Assembly: GCA_964456715.1 (NCBI GenBank)
Contig: CAYWCH010000001.1
Coordinates: 1-32,532 of the forward strand
Length of the DNA: 32,532 nt
Source of the DNA: an uncultured Anaerolinea sp.
GTDB lineage: Bacteria; Chloroflexota; Anaerolineae; Anaerolineales; Anaerolineaceae
Direction: 5' to 3'
The notes below the pieces were generated by a model. That model was not told where the DNA came from, ran no database searches, and was given only the letters and a program-made list of their open reading frames with translations. Below are positions 32,058-32,532 of this stretch, piece after piece. Position 1 is the stretch's first letter, and the number at the start of each line of letters is the position of its first letter. Position numbers and translations under genes: made by a program.

Positions 32058-32459
32058 ATGGAAGTTCCAAGACATTGGAGATTGAAACAACAAAGATACG
32101 CACTGGTCGGTGAAATTTGCCCCCATTGCGATGCAAAAATTTTTCCGCCCCGTGACGTCTGCCCGCACTGCGGCGGCGAGGCCAAAACCCAGTACGCCTT
32201 CAGCGGCAAAGGCAAGATTTATTCGTATACCGTTATGCGCGACGCCCCCGCTGGCTATGAAGAGAACATCCCTTACACTGTTGCCGTGGTTGCCCTCGAT
32301 GAGGGTCCGATGGTCACAGCACAGCTCACCGACCTGGGCGAACAGGCAGTGGAGATCGGCATGCCGGTGGAGATGGTCACCCGCAAAATCCGCAATGATG
32401 GTGACGAACGCGGCATGCTGCTTTACGGCTACAAATTTAGACCAGTGATGCAGTCTTAG
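32058..32459 (+). CDS. DUF35-type Zn-ribbon/OB-fold protein (thiolase/HMG-CoA-synthase-associated family)
   Basis: PRHWRLKQQRYALVGEICPHCDAKIFPPRDVCPHCGG is a rubredoxin-like CxxC...CxxC zinc ribbon. An OB-fold follows (GKIYSYTV...YTVAVVALDEGPMVTAQL...IGMPVEMV). I prefer ATG 32058 (GGAG 7 nt upstream) over the TTG at 32037. Confidence 0.85.
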   Translation: MEVPRHWRLKQQRYALVGEICPHCDAKIFPPRDVCPHCGGEAKTQYAFSGKGKIYSYTVMRDAPAGYEENIPYTVAVVALDEGPMVTAQLTDLGEQAVEIGMPVEMVTRKIRNDGDERGMLLYGYKFRPVMQS

Positions 32460-32485
32460 TCACTGAAAGCGATAGATACACAAAC

Positions 32486-32515
32486 CGCCCTCCAGAAATG
32501 GAGGGCGTTTTTTTG
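32486..32515 (+). terminator. Rho-independent terminator
   Basis: cgccctcca (32486-32494) pairs with tggagggcg (32499-32507) around loop gaaa. T7 follows (32508-32514). It lies 27 nt after stop 32459. Confidence 0.85.
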
Positions 32516-32532
32516 TGCTGTTGGGCGATTTT

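Noticed and set aside
1-32532. A scan for CRISPR repeats, tRNA/rRNA genes, IS elements or inverted terminal repeats, integrases, toxin-antitoxin pairs and riboswitch-like leaders.
   Set aside because: I recognised no regularly spaced repeats, no cloverleaf-like or rRNA-like segments, no transposase or integrase motifs and no small adjacent two-gene cassettes. The 5' UTRs are short (about 25-65 nt) and match no riboswitch consensus I know. A covariance-model search (Infernal/Rfam, tRNAscan) would be the decisive check.

Overview
This looks like an ordinary bacterial chromosome window. I recognised no rRNA, tRNA, CRISPR array, transposase or integrase. I can support 25 protein-coding genes (one partial), 8 hairpins (7 terminator-like, 1 intercistronic) and several sigma70-like promoters. 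Left third: a co-directional minus-strand array from 10517 to 3084. It holds a GT4 glycosyltransferase, an ADP-ribosylglycohydrolase, a P5C-dehydrogenase-like ALDH, GctA/GctB-like CoA-transferase subunits, a D-2-hydroxyacid dehydrogenase and a HAD hydrolase. Further left are a Zn-ribbon/proline-rich membrane protein and a phosphorylase-fold protein. Centre: a 2,926-aa, apparently soluble hybrid histidine kinase with about 15 PAS and 2-3 GAF modules, followed 4 nt later by a REC/HD-GYP response regulator. This pair is transcribed divergently from the GT4-ARH pair across a 211-bp very AT-rich region carrying phased direct repeats. Right third: a cysteine-free ArsR-DUF2087 regulator, a YdcF/DUF218 protein, a low-GC orphan gene, a second Zn-ribbon membrane protein, a PD40-repeat lipoprotein, DUF1810 and an S9 peptidase. 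These are followed by an operon joining a CXXC Prx-like thioredoxin-fold protein to a MacAB-type exporter (adaptor, FtsX permease, ATPase), a small 4-TM protein with a palindrome-overlapped promoter, and a solitary DUF35 Zn-ribbon/OB-fold gene. The gene content reminds me of Chloroflexota (Anaerolineae-like) genomes, but that is only an impression. I see no known defence or mobile system. The most unusual items are the mega-sensor with exactly phased internal PAS repeats, its divergent GT4-ARH partner pair, and the redox-protein/exporter operon. All function calls rest on motif recognition by eye, not on database searches.
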